Assembly: GCA_029559155.1 (NCBI GenBank)
Contig: JAKQCM010000240.1
Coordinates: 3,130 to 67,129, forward strand
Direction of reading: 5' to 3'
Origin: Chloroflexota bacterium
GTDB lineage: Bacteria > Chloroflexota > Anaerolineae > Promineifilales > Promineifilaceae
DNA: 64,000 bases
Below, piece after piece: positions 1 to 9,441 of this stretch. The position numbers were made by a program, and so were the translations under genes. Every line of letters starts with the position of its first letter. Positions within the stretch are counted from its first letter, which is position 1. The notes beneath the pieces were generated by a model that saw only the letters and a program-made list of their open reading frames with translations, did no database searches and was not told the DNA's origin.

Positions 1-214
1 CTCCTCACAAATTGGTTTGGTGCAGGGAACCCTCGCAAATAGCACTGAGCAATTTTACCCCTGCGTGACGTTTGTCAGCCTACCTGTAAATTTCGATTGG
101 CAAGCTGTCTACCCATACGCAGGTCTGTTACAAAAGTTGCAGCGAGCCAACCCTGCCACTCACGCTGCTTCAGGTAGGGGTCTCAACTTGGTGGCTCTCC
201 GGAAACCGGTATAA
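1..214 (+). CDS. possible 3-prime end of a CDS entering from upstream of the window (unknown product)
   Basis: Frame 2 is open from base 2 to TAA at 212-214. The listed ORF 17..214 is its ATG-limited part. No recognisable motif, so it could equally be non-coding. Confidence 0.2.
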   Translation, partial: SSQIGLVQGTLANSTEQFYPCVTFVSLPVNFDWQAVYPYAGLLQKLQRANPATHAASGRGLNLVALRKPV

Positions 215-215
215 T
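188..215 (+). promoter_or_regulatory. sigma70-like promoter candidate upstream of the PrsW-family gene
   Basis: TTGGTG (188-193), 16-nt spacer, TATAAT (210-215), about 80 nt upstream of the ATG at 293. Confidence 0.3.
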
Positions 216-292
216 TTTGTGGATGCATCACCTGTTCGAGATCAGGTCATACGTGGAAACCCTGACCTTCCAGAAACCACCCGGCTGACCGA

Positions 293-1303
293 ATGCATGA
301 GCCTTTCATGGCCTTATCTACCACTCAAATTTTTTTACTCTCCACGGCCGTTGCCACTCTGCCAATCTTGCTCTACATTGCTCTCATTTACTGGTTCGAC
401 CGGTATGAAAAAGAGCCGTGGTGGTTGTTGACGGCTACATTTTTTTGGGGCGCCATACCCAGCATCCTTTTCGCTTATTTTTTCAACACCCTGCTCAGCG
501 CGCCGATTTACTGGCTAACTGGTGAAACCCTGGGAGAAACCATTAGCGCCAGCCTGATCGCCCCCATTGTCGAAGAATCGATTAAAGGATTGGCTGTTCT
601 GGCGATTTTGCTTATCTGGCGAGATGAACTCGACAGCCCTTTGGATGGCATCATCTATGGCGCGATGGTTGGGTTGGGGTTTGCGCTGGTGGAAAATGTG
701 TTTTATTTCATCAGCGTGTATCAGGAGGGCGGCTTAGAAGCGTGGGGGATGAATGTGTTTGCCCGCAGCATTGTGTTTGGGCTAAACCATGCCCTATTTA
801 GCAGTATGACAGGTCTGGGTATTGCTCTGGCGCGGATGGCGACTCAACCGCTCGTTAAAGCAGCGGCGTTGATTGGGGGATGGAGTACGGCCGTTTTCCT
901 CCATTTCCTCCATAACTTCACCGTCTCCTTTGGCAATTTACTTTGTCTGGTAGCCTTGGTGAGCGATTGGGGCGGCGTACTGCTGACTTTGCTGATTATC
1001 GTTTGGGCGCTGCTGCAAGAAAGGCAGTGGCTGCGCCAATACCTCGCTGAAGAAGTAACTCTGGGCCATCTGGCCAACACCCATTACCTGACCGTTTGTT
1101 CTGGCCGCCGCCGGATCCGGGCGCAATTAACCTGCTTTTTAGATGATGGGCCGGTGGCTTATTGGCGGTTGGTGCGATATCACCAAAATCTGAGCGAGTT
1201 GGCCTACAAAAAGCGCCATTACGCCCTGTTTCAAGATGATTCCAGTTGGAAATTAATCGAGGTTTTACGCCAAAAAATTCAGGTGAACAGCCCAGGCCTG
1301 TGA
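293..1303 (+). CDS. prsW: PrsW-family intramembrane glutamic/metallo-protease
   Basis: 336-aa polytopic membrane ORF. PrsW-type motifs IVEESIKG (EExxK) and NHALFSSMTG (HxxxF). Confidence 0.8.
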   Translation: MHEPFMALSTTQIFLLSTAVATLPILLYIALIYWFDRYEKEPWWLLTATFFWGAIPSILFAYFFNTLLSAPIYWLTGETLGETISASLIAPIVEESIKGLAVLAILLIWRDELDSPLDGIIYGAMVGLGFALVENVFYFISVYQEGGLEAWGMNVFARSIVFGLNHALFSSMTGLGIALARMATQPLVKAAALIGGWSTAVFLHFLHNFTVSFGNLLCLVALVSDWGGVLLTLLIIVWALLQERQWLRQYLAEEVTLGHLANTHYLTVCSGRRRIRAQLTCFLDDGPVAYWRLVRYHQNLSELAYKKRHYALFQDDSSWKLIEVLRQKIQVNSPGL

Positions 1304-1325
1304 CTCTTGCCTCGGCAGCGCGGGC

Positions 1326-1802
1326 CTAATGGCGCACAAGCAGTTGCAATTGATCCCAGTGCGCCTGATCATGTTTCACAGCCAGATTGAGAAGCTCGTG
1401 AGTGCTGGTGGGACCAAAAAAGGAATGGCGTCCCTGCCGCGCCCAAATGGGATCGTCGGGTGGCGGGAGCATGGCAATGGTGCGGCTGCGGGCTGCCAGA
1501 AACTCGTTTAGGGCGATACGGCCGTTCTGCTGTGCATACTGTCGCTCTATCACCCAATCATCCGACGTCGCCCCGGAAATGAACGCATTTGCCGCAGCCA
1601 TCATGTTTTGGAAGCGCGGTTGGTGTACTTCCTGCTCCACATCGCGCAAATGGCAACATAATTCGGTCAGGTTCCATTCGCCCGGCGACGGCCGCCACTG
1701 CCAGTCGATAGTATCCACGGCGAGGGTTTGGGAAACGGCCGTAGCAAACTGCTCCAACTCCGCTAACAATTCGACGACAGGCGGCGGCTCCTGCAACATC
1801 AA
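1326..1802 (-). CDS. DinB/YfiT-like metal-dependent four-helix-bundle protein
   Basis: 158 aa. His triad context (CHLRDVEQEVH ... KHDQAHWDQL). 4-bp start/stop overlap with the upstream HAD gene. Confidence 0.65.
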   Translation of the reverse strand: MMLQEPPPVVELLAELEQFATAVSQTLAVDTIDWQWRPSPGEWNLTELCCHLRDVEQEVHQPRFQNMMAAANAFISGATSDDWVIERQYAQQNGRIALNEFLAARSRTIAMLPPPDDPIWARQGRHSFFGPTSTHELLNLAVKHDQAHWDQLQLLVRH

Positions 1803-2545
1803 GACCCCCTAAAAGGTGCAGCTTCGGGTGACCGATTGCCCACCAACCAGTCATAAAACTGCGCCAGAGATCCGGCTCCGCTGATTAGGGTCTTATCCGG
1901 CGGCTCAGAAGCGACAGATGCCAACCAAAAAGTATTGAGGCCAACCGCCGCGGCCGGCTCAATGTCATTTTCCCAATCATCGCCGATCATCAAGGCTGCC
2001 GGCGCAGGAACCTGAATTATGTCCAAAATTTCCTGGTAATAAGCCGGATGAGGTTTTGTCGCATGCATGTTTTCGTAAGTTGTAACCAGATCGAAAGGAA
2101 AGTCGGTGATGGGCAGCCCAGCCCAGCGCAATCGTTCTTCGATGGCAATTCGCGGAAACATGGGATTGGTGGCGATCACGACTTTGAGGCCTTGAGCAAA
2201 ACAAAATTGAACCAACTCGCGGGCACACGGCCGCTGCGCGCTCACGTCAGCTAATGTGGGGAATTGATCGCGATAAAAGCTTTCAAAAAAGGCTTCCATT
2301 TCCACGGGATCCAGGCCAGTGCGCTGTTGGAAGGCTTGCCAAAACGCATCACGGTTAGAAACGGCCGTGTCCCCATGATCAATCATCGCCTGCGTACAAA
2401 TCATTAACTCCTGCAAAAATTTATCACGCGGCATATACCGCTCGGCATACTCACCCAGCAGCGCAAAATAGCGGGGAATAAAGGCGTCCATGCCATTTCC
2501 CAACAACGTATCGTCTAAATCGAACAAAATCGCTTGCAGTTGCAT
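1799..2545 (-). CDS. HAD-superfamily hydrolase
   Basis: Motif I FDLDDTLL (DxDxT). Motif IV-like IGDDWENDI. 248 aa. Confidence 0.85.
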   Translation of the reverse strand: MQLQAILFDLDDTLLGNGMDAFIPRYFALLGEYAERYMPRDKFLQELMICTQAMIDHGDTAVSNRDAFWQAFQQRTGLDPVEMEAFFESFYRDQFPTLADVSAQRPCARELVQFCFAQGLKVVIATNPMFPRIAIEERLRWAGLPITDFPFDLVTTYENMHATKPHPAYYQEILDIIQVPAPAALMIGDDWENDIEPAAAVGLNTFWLASVASEPPDKTLISGAGSLAQFYDWLVGNRSPEAAPFRGS

Positions 2546-2566
2546 GGTTCTCCCCTCAGAAACAGG

Positions 2567-2908
2567 CTACTCGGCATTAAATAAATCACGCAGGCCCGGT
2601 TTTTCGCGGGCGCACTTCAGGCAGCCAATGTGTGGTTCGGGCACGTCAATCAGATGGCGGCTGCACGATGCCTTCACTTCTACCCGACGATTCATGCCCA
2701 GAAAACCCTTTTTGATGGTCGCTTCCAGTACCAGATAGGGACTGCTGTTTGCCAGCAATATGCCCGGCACAGGGCAGGCAAAACAATCGTCGGGCTTCCA
2801 GGGCTCCGAATGTGATTTTTGCGCTACCAGGCGGCATTCTTGGGTAGAATTACCCCGATGAAAATCCTGGTAGTAGAAGTGGCATTCTTTTCCGGCAGGT
2901 GTTTTCAT
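2567..2908 (-). CDS. Cys-rich hypothetical protein
   Basis: 113-aa ORF with several Cys pairs (CHFYY..C, CFAC, CLKC). No family recognised. Its start lies 13 nt after the tRNA terminator. Confidence 0.5.
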   Translation of the reverse strand: MKTPAGKECHFYYQDFHRGNSTQECRLVAQKSHSEPWKPDDCFACPVPGILLANSSPYLVLEATIKKGFLGMNRRVEVKASCSRHLIDVPEPHIGCLKCAREKPGLRDLFNAE

Positions 2909-2920
2909 AACGGATTTCCC

Positions 2921-2951
2921 AAAAAAAAAGCGACCCCAAATGGTGTCGCTT
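2921..2951 (-). terminator. rho-independent terminator after the tRNA cluster
   Basis: The minus strand reads AGCGAC-ACCATTTGGG-GTCGCT followed by a run of 9 T. Confidence 0.7.
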
Positions 2952-2957
2952 GTTTAG

Positions 2958-3031
2958 TACGCCCTGAGAGACTCGAACTCCCGACCTACTGGTTCGTAGC
3001 CAGTCGCTCTAATCCACTGAGCTAAGGGCGC
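2958..3031 (-). tRNA. tRNA-Arg (anticodon ACG)
   Basis: Reverse complement folds as a cloverleaf: GCGCCCT-TA-GCTC..GAGC-G-ACTGG-CTACGAA-CCAGT-AGGTC-GGGAG-TTCGAGT-CTCTC-AGGGCGT-A. No encoded CCA. Confidence 0.9.
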
Positions 3032-3123
3032 ATGTAAGACCTCTATAAAATTATCACAGTTTGCTTCTTTGAACAACTTTGTTTCATGAAAGCTTACCTA
3101 AAACAGGTGTTGAAGCAAAAAGG

Positions 3124-3214
3124 CGGGGAGACAGGGATTCGAACCCTGGAACGGCTTTTTAACACCGTTAACCGCTTAGCAGGCGGCCCCAATCGACCAC
3201 TCTGGCATCTCCCC
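3124..3214 (-). tRNA. tRNA-Ser (anticodon GCT), long variable arm
   Basis: Reverse complement starts GGGGAGA. Anticodon stem-loop GCCGC-CTGCTAA-GCGGT. Variable arm AACGG..CCGTT. T-arm CAGGG-TTCGAAT-CCCTG. Acceptor 3-prime strand TCTCCCC-G. No encoded CCA. Confidence 0.9.
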
Positions 3215-3277
3215 GTTTATAAACCTGTGGAGAGGTTTTATTAACCTGTTAAGTAACTCCGGTTACAAAATTGTCAA

Positions 3278-3363
3278 CGGAGGGAGAGGGATTCGAACCC
3301 CCGGTGAGCAAAGCCCACTACGGTTTTCAAGACCGTTGCCATCGTCCACTCGGCCATCCCTCC
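3278..3363 (-). tRNA. tRNA-Ser (anticodon TGA), long variable arm
   Basis: Reverse complement starts GGAGGGA. Anticodon stem-loop ACGGT-CTTGAAA-ACCGT. T-loop TTCGAAT. Acceptor 3-prime strand TCCCTCC-G. No encoded CCA. Confidence 0.9.
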
Positions 3364-3447
3364 TTCCCTCAGGGAGGTCCCTACAAGGTTGCGAAGTATA
3401 ACACGGCCGTTTTGCCATGTCAAAATTTTTGGGTATGCGCAGCACGG

Positions 3448-4329
3448 CTAACCAGAGGTTGGGCTGAGGCGCAAATCGCTAATTTCCAACCACTGGGTTT
3501 GGCTTGTGGGCAGCACGCCCCAACGGAAACGGCCGTCACATGTAGCCACCATGTATTGATTGTCCAACCAACAGACAAACCCCAGCGGACCTCTGGGGCT
3601 GTGGGCGGTGCGCAGGATTGTCTCGCCATCTATGACAAACTGACACCCTGTCGGCAGCCAGAGTAATTCGTAGGTGTGCCAGGCGGTCATAACGGCCGTT
3701 AGCGGCGCAAAACTAATGCCCAGGCGGCGGCGAACAGAAGGCCAGAGTCGTTTGCGCAGCGCCGGCAGCCGGTTCAACAAGAGAATGATCGGCGAAATAG
3801 GTATGAGGGAAACGGCCGTGGCCCGACCGGCATCCAGCGTAGCGGCAAACCAGCCACGCCCCGGACCTTGCGCCGCCAATGGCAAATCTGAGGGCGGTGA
3901 GGCAAAGAAAAACCAGGTCGCCTGCGGCAGCGCCGGCCGCCGCACGGATGGGTCGCCGAATGGCGCGTTCCAAAAGCCGAAACCGGCCGTGCCGACCAAC
4001 TGATCGCTATCATGCGAAAAACGGGCGCGCAACGACAGATGAGTCCCCGGAGACCAACGAAAAAGAGAACGGCCGTGACCGGCATATTCCTTATTTCCCG
4101 GCCCATAATCGTCTAACTGAGCGTCAGCATAACCAGCGACCACCGGCGGCAGCCAACAGGTGTATATCGGACCTCCCGTGACAACGCCGCCATGCAATTC
4201 CAACAGCCGGAATTCAGTATCCGCCAAATGCTTCACCTGTCTATTATTCAGGAATCGAGTATAATCATGGCCACGAAGGAGAGCGTTTTTTATGGAAATT
4301 TCCTGGTATGGACTTAGCTGCTTTCGCAT
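3448..4329 (-). CDS. hypothetical protein (family not recognised)
   Basis: 293-aa ORF with coding-like composition. The listed start overlaps the divergent MBL gene by 38 nt, so the true start is probably internal (non-ATG). Confidence 0.5.
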   Translation of the reverse strand: MRKQLSPYQEISIKNALLRGHDYTRFLNNRQVKHLADTEFRLLELHGGVVTGGPIYTCWLPPVVAGYADAQLDDYGPGNKEYAGHGRSLFRWSPGTHLSLRARFSHDSDQLVGTAGFGFWNAPFGDPSVRRPALPQATWFFFASPPSDLPLAAQGPGRGWFAATLDAGRATAVSLIPISPIILLLNRLPALRKRLWPSVRRRLGISFAPLTAVMTAWHTYELLWLPTGCQFVIDGETILRTAHSPRGPLGFVCWLDNQYMVATCDGRFRWGVLPTSQTQWLEISDLRLSPTSG

Positions 4330-4924
4330 TACCGAAAGAAAACATGCTACCGTAGTAACAGACCCTTATGATTCTGGTCTTGGGCTACCATCCCTAAAAC
4401 TAAAAGCAGATATTATCACAGTCAGCCATGACGCTAAAGGCCACAACCGGCCAGAAGTTGTCTCCGGCTATCAACACGTCTTAACCGGGCCAGGCGAATA
4501 CGAGATTGGCAATGTCTTCGTCACCGGCATTGCCACGCCAGGCGAGGCCAAATATGCCCCCAACGTCATTTATGTGTTCGATTACGACGGCCTGACCGTC
4601 GCCCATCTGGGTGATATGCAGAAGGTTCCTACTCAGACGCAAATAGAAGCATTAGAAGAAGTTTCGGTACTGCTTTTGCCGGTGGGCGGTGGGAACAGCC
4701 TGAACGCCGCCCAGGCATCGGAACTGGTATCGATGATCGAGCCTAACATCGTCATCCCCATGCATTATCAACTGCCTAACCTTAGCATCGAACTGGATGC
4801 TGTGGATCGTTTCTTAAAGGAAATGGGGGTTACGGAGCCAAAGGAAGAAAGCGCGCTAAAAATTTCTTCCGGCAATTTACCGGAAGAGACTGAGATCATC
4901 TTGTTGACGCCCCGCTCATCGTAA
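4292..4924 (+). CDS. MBL-fold metal-dependent hydrolase (UPF0173-like)
   Basis: N-terminus MEISWYGLSCFRI.. is typical of this family, as is VSHDAKGHN. AAGGAG sits 8 nt upstream of the ATG. Confidence 0.8.
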   Translation: MEISWYGLSCFRITERKHATVVTDPYDSGLGLPSLKLKADIITVSHDAKGHNRPEVVSGYQHVLTGPGEYEIGNVFVTGIATPGEAKYAPNVIYVFDYDGLTVAHLGDMQKVPTQTQIEALEEVSVLLLPVGGGNSLNAAQASELVSMIEPNIVIPMHYQLPNLSIELDAVDRFLKEMGVTEPKEESALKISSGNLPEETEIILLTPRSS

Positions 4925-4946
4925 AATATGGGATTGATGGAATTTT

Positions 4947-5249
4947 ATGGCAACCAAACTTTTAATGCGCTGGAATATTCGCCCTGAAACCGAGTCGGAG
5001 TATTATGAATTTCTCGTACATGAATTTATGCCGGGAATGAATAAGCTGGGCATTGACGATATTCAGGTCTGGTATACCACCTTTGGCGATTGCGAGCAGA
5101 AGTTGGCCAGTGGCATTACGCCGTCGATGGAAAGAATGAATGATGCGCTTCACAGCGACGCTTGGGAACAATTGCGCAACAAGCTGCAAACTTTTGTAAC
5201 CGACCTGGATTTCAAGCTCGTTTCGGCGACGCGGGGCTTCCAAATTTAA
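4947..5249 (+). CDS. small hypothetical protein
   Basis: 100-aa ORF immediately downstream of the MBL gene, followed by a strong terminator. Confidence 0.55.
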   Translation: MATKLLMRWNIRPETESEYYEFLVHEFMPGMNKLGIDDIQVWYTTFGDCEQKLASGITPSMERMNDALHSDAWEQLRNKLQTFVTDLDFKLVSATRGFQI

Positions 5250-5277
5250 TTTTTCGCTGGATTTGTGGATTTAACAC

Positions 5278-5310
5278 AAACGCCTGCCTTGGTTAAGGCA
5301 GGCGTTTTTC
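5278..5310. terminator. rho-independent, potentially bidirectional terminator
   Basis: Perfect 10-bp stem AACGCCTGCC/GGCAGGCGTT (5279-5288 / 5297-5306), 8-nt loop, T-run. Lies between convergent genes. Confidence 0.8.
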
Positions 5311-5334
5311 TATGATGGTAGAGGTGGGGTTGGG

Positions 5335-5673
5335 TTAAACGGCCGTTGCCGACGGCGCCTCGCTCTTTGCCGGTTTTGCCGCACTCTCGGGGCTGCTTTT
5401 GGCAGAACTTTCGCCTTCTCCGCTGCTCGCCCCATCTGAGCTGGCGGCCTTGTCGCTCTTGTCCGATTTGCTTCCCGGCAATGTTGCACTTTGTCCGGAG
5501 CGATTATCTGTTACATAAAACCCTTTGCCTTTAAACACGACGCCAACTGAATTGACGACACGCCGTATTTCTCCTGAACACACGGGGCATTCCGTTAAGG
5601 GATCATCCGTCATGCGTTGGCGGACTTCAAATTCATTGTCACATTCTTTGCAACGATACGTATAGATTGGCAT
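5335..5673 (-). CDS. FmdB-family zinc-ribbon protein with Ser/Ala/Lys-rich tail
   Basis: MPIYTYRCKECDNEFEV...CPVCSGEIRRV (CxxC...CxxC). The ORF track starts 4 codons earlier (5685). The family normally starts at MPxYxYxC. Confidence 0.8.
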   Translation of the reverse strand: MPIYTYRCKECDNEFEVRQRMTDDPLTECPVCSGEIRRVVNSVGVVFKGKGFYVTDNRSGQSATLPGSKSDKSDKAASSDGASSGEGESSAKSSPESAAKPAKSEAPSATAV

Positions 5674-5714
5674 TGAACAACTCAAGCTGTTGATTAAAAT
5701 TTAAGTGACTGTAC

Positions 5715-5776
5715 AAGACCCTGAGGGTTTGCTCATGAGAAGTAAGACCTTCGGGAACTCAAACCCTTAGGGTCTT
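5715..5776. repeat. hairpin-forming REP/MITE-like element, copy A
   Basis: AAGACCCTGAGGGTTTG (5715-5731) is inverted against CAAACCCTTAGGGTCTT (5760-5776). The internal TCGGGAAC is shared with copy C. Confidence 0.7.
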
Positions 5777-5954
5777 CCCAGAGAACCCTGAACAGTAACA
5801 AATTTAGATTGAATGAAAATTTATTGTAACGGTCAGATTATGTTTTGACAACCCGATGACCGTGCATTATGCTATCAATGTTTCGTAAAATTTAGATTAG
5901 CAAATCGGGTTATTTAACAAATTTCGTTTAGCAGGTATACCAAAAGGAAAAAAC

Positions 5955-6512
5955 ATGTCCATTCAAGATACACACGCTCAGTTAAAATCTGAAATTTGGC
6001 AGGCCGTAGAGCAATCAGGCATCGACCTAAGCGGCATCGACAAAGGAACTCTAACCAGCCTGGTCGATGTGATTATGGACGCCACGCTGATGGCTTTGGA
6101 TGACGAAATGGGCAAACAAGTTCAGAGCGAAACGTCCAAAGTGGTGGGAACGGCCGTTTCCAACGAAGTCCTCGACGACGACAAAGAAGACATCCTCTGG
6201 GAAGGTCGTCCATTCCTTTCCATCTCCCTGCAATACACCATCACCGACGAACGGATACGCATCACCTCCGGCTTCTTGGGCAAAGCCCGGGAAAACATCG
6301 AGCTGGTACGCATCCAGGACCTGGACTACAAACAAACGCTGAGCGAACGCATGATCAATGTCGGTGACATTTCCGTCCTCAGCCATGATCGCAGCGAGCC
6401 GCGTATTGTCCTGAAGAATATCAAAGACCCGGAAGCCGTCTATGAGATCCTGCGGCGCGCCGTGCTGCACGCGCGTAAGCGACATGGATTTACCTACCGA
6501 GAAGAAATGTAA
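5955..6512 (+). CDS. bacterial PH-domain (bPH_2/YdbT-like) protein
   Basis: ILWEGRPF...ITDERIRITSGFLGKARENIELVRIQDLDYKQTLSERMINVGDI is typical of the membrane-flanked PH domain. Confidence 0.7.
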   Translation: MSIQDTHAQLKSEIWQAVEQSGIDLSGIDKGTLTSLVDVIMDATLMALDDEMGKQVQSETSKVVGTAVSNEVLDDDKEDILWEGRPFLSISLQYTITDERIRITSGFLGKARENIELVRIQDLDYKQTLSERMINVGDISVLSHDRSEPRIVLKNIKDPEAVYEILRRAVLHARKRHGFTYREEM

Positions 6513-6522
6513 GGAATTGGTG

Positions 6523-6556
6523 AAAAGCCCGGCTTTGCAAAAAGTCGGGCTTTTTT
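6523..6556. terminator. rho-independent terminator between convergent genes
   Basis: AAAAGCCCG...CGGGCTTTTTT hairpin flanked by A- and T-runs. Confidence 0.65.
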
Positions 6557-6569
6557 GATGGCCTATGGC

Positions 6570-7829
6570 TTAATCAGGCAGCAGAAACCCGACCAATGCC
6601 CCGCCGCCCGGCACGTTTTCCGCCCAGATACGGCCGTTATGCGCCCCCACAATCGCCTGAGCAATGGCTAAACCCAGGCCTGCGCCGCCTGCAGCCCGCG
6701 TCCGGGCCTGTTCACCGCGGTAAAACTGTTCGAACACACGCGGTAAATCAACTGCGTTAAAACCCGCGCCGCTGTCGCGCACCGTCACTACCACACCATC
6801 AGGAGTGCGCACGGCCGTTACCCAAATGCTTCCCCCATCCGGCGTATACCGCAGACCATTGCTAAGCAAATTTGCCAACACCCGGTGAATCTTCGCCACA
6901 TTTAGCCGCACAGGGTCCACATCCTGCCCCACATTGGCCACCAAAGACACCTGCCGCTGTTTGGCCAGCGCTTGAAACGTCTCCAACGTTTCCACAATCA
7001 CATCGCCTAACGAATGCCGCCCAAACTCCATGCTCAAACCGCCAGCTTCTAACTGCGCCAATTCGAACAGATCATCAATCAGCCCATTAAGCGCAATGAT
7101 ATCGGCGCGAATGGTGCGGTAATATCGCTGTACGGTTTGTGGGTCTTCCACCACGCCATCATGCAGCGCCTCAATCATCGCCCGGATGCTGGTGAGCGGC
7201 GTACGCAAATCATGCGAGGTCCAGGCAACCAGATCACGGCGTAAGTTCTCTAATTCTTCTTGCTCATTCGCCGCTTGTTGCAGCTGTGCAGCCATCTGGT
7301 TAAATGTGGCGGCCACCCGCGCCACCTCGTCCTGCCCCTGCACAACCGCTCGCGTATCCAGATTACCGGCGGCAATCTGCTGGGCCGAATCGGCCAGTTC
7401 ACGCAGCCCGGCGTTTAAATTGGCGGCCACAAACACGCCGAACGACGTGGCCACAATGGCTGCAAACAATAGCAGCACGCCGCTTAAAATGAGATCATGT
7501 TGACTGGCAAACATGCGTTCCGACATGATCCAGACGTTAAAAAGCGTTACCACACCAGCCCACCCATAGGTCAACACCAAAGTCAGGCTAAACGATGGCG
7601 AGCGGCGAGCCGCATAACGGAACAAAACATAGCCCACGCCGAGCGAAATCAGCGAGGTAACGGTGAGTGTGGTCACCATTTGGGCCACATCGGCCAGCGG
7701 CGCTTGCATGAGCGCCTGCATTAACAAGACAGCGACCAGCAAAGCGAACGCAGCGCCCAGCAGCAAGATGCGCCAGGATGCACGCAATAACCAGGCCAAT
7801 GGTTTGCTTTGGTCGAGTGTGTTGATCAT
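6570..7829 (-). CDS. sensor histidine kinase (TM-HAMP-HisKA-HATPase)
   Basis: H-box SHDLRTPLTSI. N-box LLSNGLRYT. G1 DSGAGF. G2 GGAGLGLAI. Two N-terminal TM helices. Confidence 0.9.
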   Translation of the reverse strand: MINTLDQSKPLAWLLRASWRILLLGAAFALLVAVLLMQALMQAPLADVAQMVTTLTVTSLISLGVGYVLFRYAARRSPSFSLTLVLTYGWAGVVTLFNVWIMSERMFASQHDLILSGVLLLFAAIVATSFGVFVAANLNAGLRELADSAQQIAAGNLDTRAVVQGQDEVARVAATFNQMAAQLQQAANEQEELENLRRDLVAWTSHDLRTPLTSIRAMIEALHDGVVEDPQTVQRYYRTIRADIIALNGLIDDLFELAQLEAGGLSMEFGRHSLGDVIVETLETFQALAKQRQVSLVANVGQDVDPVRLNVAKIHRVLANLLSNGLRYTPDGGSIWVTAVRTPDGVVVTVRDSGAGFNAVDLPRVFEQFYRGEQARTRAAGGAGLGLAIAQAIVGAHNGRIWAENVPGGGALVGFLLPD

Positions 7830-7835
7830 GGTGAT

Positions 7836-8558
7836 TTATCCTGGCTCAAATTTGTAGCCAACGCCCCACACCGTCGCCAGCCAGACGGGGTTTCCCGGGT
7901 CGATTTCGATTTTTTCGCGCAGGCGGCGAATGTGGACGGTAACTGTGCTGGGATCGACATACTCAGAAAAACCCCAAACTTTTTCCAGCAATTGGTCGCG
8001 TTTAAAGACCTGGCGTGGATGGGAGGCCATAAACCAGAGCAGGTTAAACTCGGTGGCCGTTAGCTCGATATTTTTGCCGCGAACGGTTACCAACCGGGTA
8101 TTGGGATCGATGGCGAGATCGGTGAAGGTTAACGGCCGTTGCCCGCCATCATTCCCCATCGTCCCCGCCGACCGCCGCAAAACCGCCTTCACCCGCGAAA
8201 CCAGTTCCGCCGGCGAAAAGGGCTTTGTCACGTAATCGTCCGCACCCAGCTCCAGGCCATAAATGCGGTCTGTTTCTTGCTGGCGCGCCGTTAACATAAT
8301 AACCGGAACATTAACGGCCGTATCCCCGCGCAGCTCGCGCAAAATCGACAGGCCATCCACCTCCGGCAGCATCAAATCCAACACCACCAGGGCTGGAAGC
8401 TGTTTACGCACAGCCTCTAACGCCTGACGGCCGTCTCGCGCCACCCGCACCTGAAACCCTTCGCGCTTCAAGTACAGACTCACCACTTCCACCACCGACG
8501 CTTCATCATCGACAACTAAAATGTCGCCCAATTCCGTGAGAGTGTTCATGTATTCCAT
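7836..8558 (-). CDS. OmpR/PhoB-family response regulator
   Basis: Receiver motifs (VVDDE, LDLMLP, MLTA, KPF). C-terminal winged helix (TVWGVGYKF). Lies 6 nt upstream of the kinase gene. Confidence 0.9.
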   Translation of the reverse strand: MEYMNTLTELGDILVVDDEASVVEVVSLYLKREGFQVRVARDGRQALEAVRKQLPALVVLDLMLPEVDGLSILRELRGDTAVNVPVIMLTARQQETDRIYGLELGADDYVTKPFSPAELVSRVKAVLRRSAGTMGNDGGQRPLTFTDLAIDPNTRLVTVRGKNIELTATEFNLLWFMASHPRQVFKRDQLLEKVWGFSEYVDPSTVTVHIRRLREKIEIDPGNPVWLATVWGVGYKFEPG

Positions 8559-8626
8559 CTACCTTTTCTTATAATGGCAATACCTTACAGATGTCTTACA
8601 CAGGCGAATTTTTACACGAGGTGTAA

Positions 8627-9382
8627 TCATTTTGTAATAGATGTTGTGGGCTGCTGGCTGGCGGTGGGCGGCGGCTGGTCGGCTGTGTCCCGTTGGCAAT
8701 GGGGCCACGGATCTTCCCCGGCCAGCAGCGCCGCCAGCGCCGGGCTGTCGGCATAATAACCATGATAAGACGGCGGCAGCAGGGCCGCAATCTGCGCCAT
8801 AATGAATTGTGTATAAACGGGCAAATCCTTTGTACGCACCCGTTCCCCATCGGTCGGCAGCGTGAACGGCCGTCCAATTCTCACTTCCAACGTCGTCGGC
8901 CGCAGCCGCTTAAAATTGTGAAACAACCGATCCCCATTCACCAATCCAACCGGCAAGATGGGCACATTGGCCCGGCTGGCCAAAAAAGCCGCACCATCTT
9001 TTGCGGCCATCAACTGCCCGGAATAGCTGCGCGTGCCTTCCGGAGCCAGACCAAACACCGTACCCGAAGCAATCGCCGTCAGCGCCTCGCGCAGCGACTG
9101 CCGATCCGCCTCGCCCCGGCTGATATAGATTGCGCCCAACCAGGCCATAATCGGCCCAAAAATAGGGTGATAGCGCCACTTCTCCACTGCGAAAAATCGC
9201 CATTTTTGCACAGGAAACGTAAGCAGCAGCACCGGCGTGTCCACAACGCTGGTGTGATTGAGGACCACAATATAAGGGCCTTCGTGGGGAATATTTTCCC
9301 GCCCGATCACTTTAATGCGCGCCAGAATAATCAGGCGCACCACATTCATAGCCAGACGAATTAGGCGATAACGAAAAAGCAT
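8627..9382 (-). CDS. plsC: 1-acyl-sn-glycerol-3-phosphate acyltransferase family protein
   Basis: HX4D motif NHTSVVD and PEGTRS motif. Confidence 0.8.
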   Translation of the reverse strand: MLFRYRLIRLAMNVVRLIILARIKVIGRENIPHEGPYIVVLNHTSVVDTPVLLLTFPVQKWRFFAVEKWRYHPIFGPIMAWLGAIYISRGEADRQSLREALTAIASGTVFGLAPEGTRSYSGQLMAAKDGAAFLASRANVPILPVGLVNGDRLFHNFKRLRPTTLEVRIGRPFTLPTDGERVRTKDLPVYTQFIMAQIAALLPPSYHGYYADSPALAALLAGEDPWPHCQRDTADQPPPTASQQPTTSITK

Positions 9383-9441
9383 AAGTCTCCTGAAACGATG
9401 GAATTGAAAGTCCGCAAAAAATACGGAACATGGATGACGAA

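Noticed and set aside
243-268. 6-bp hairpin AGGTCA...TGACCT in the leader of the PrsW-family gene.
   Set aside because: The stem is too short and there is no T-run. It is indistinguishable from chance.
3271-3666. 131-aa plus-strand ORF and 3263-3445(-) ORF.
   Set aside because: Both overlap the tRNA-Ser(TGA) gene and the 3-prime end of the 293-aa gene. There is no coding signal.
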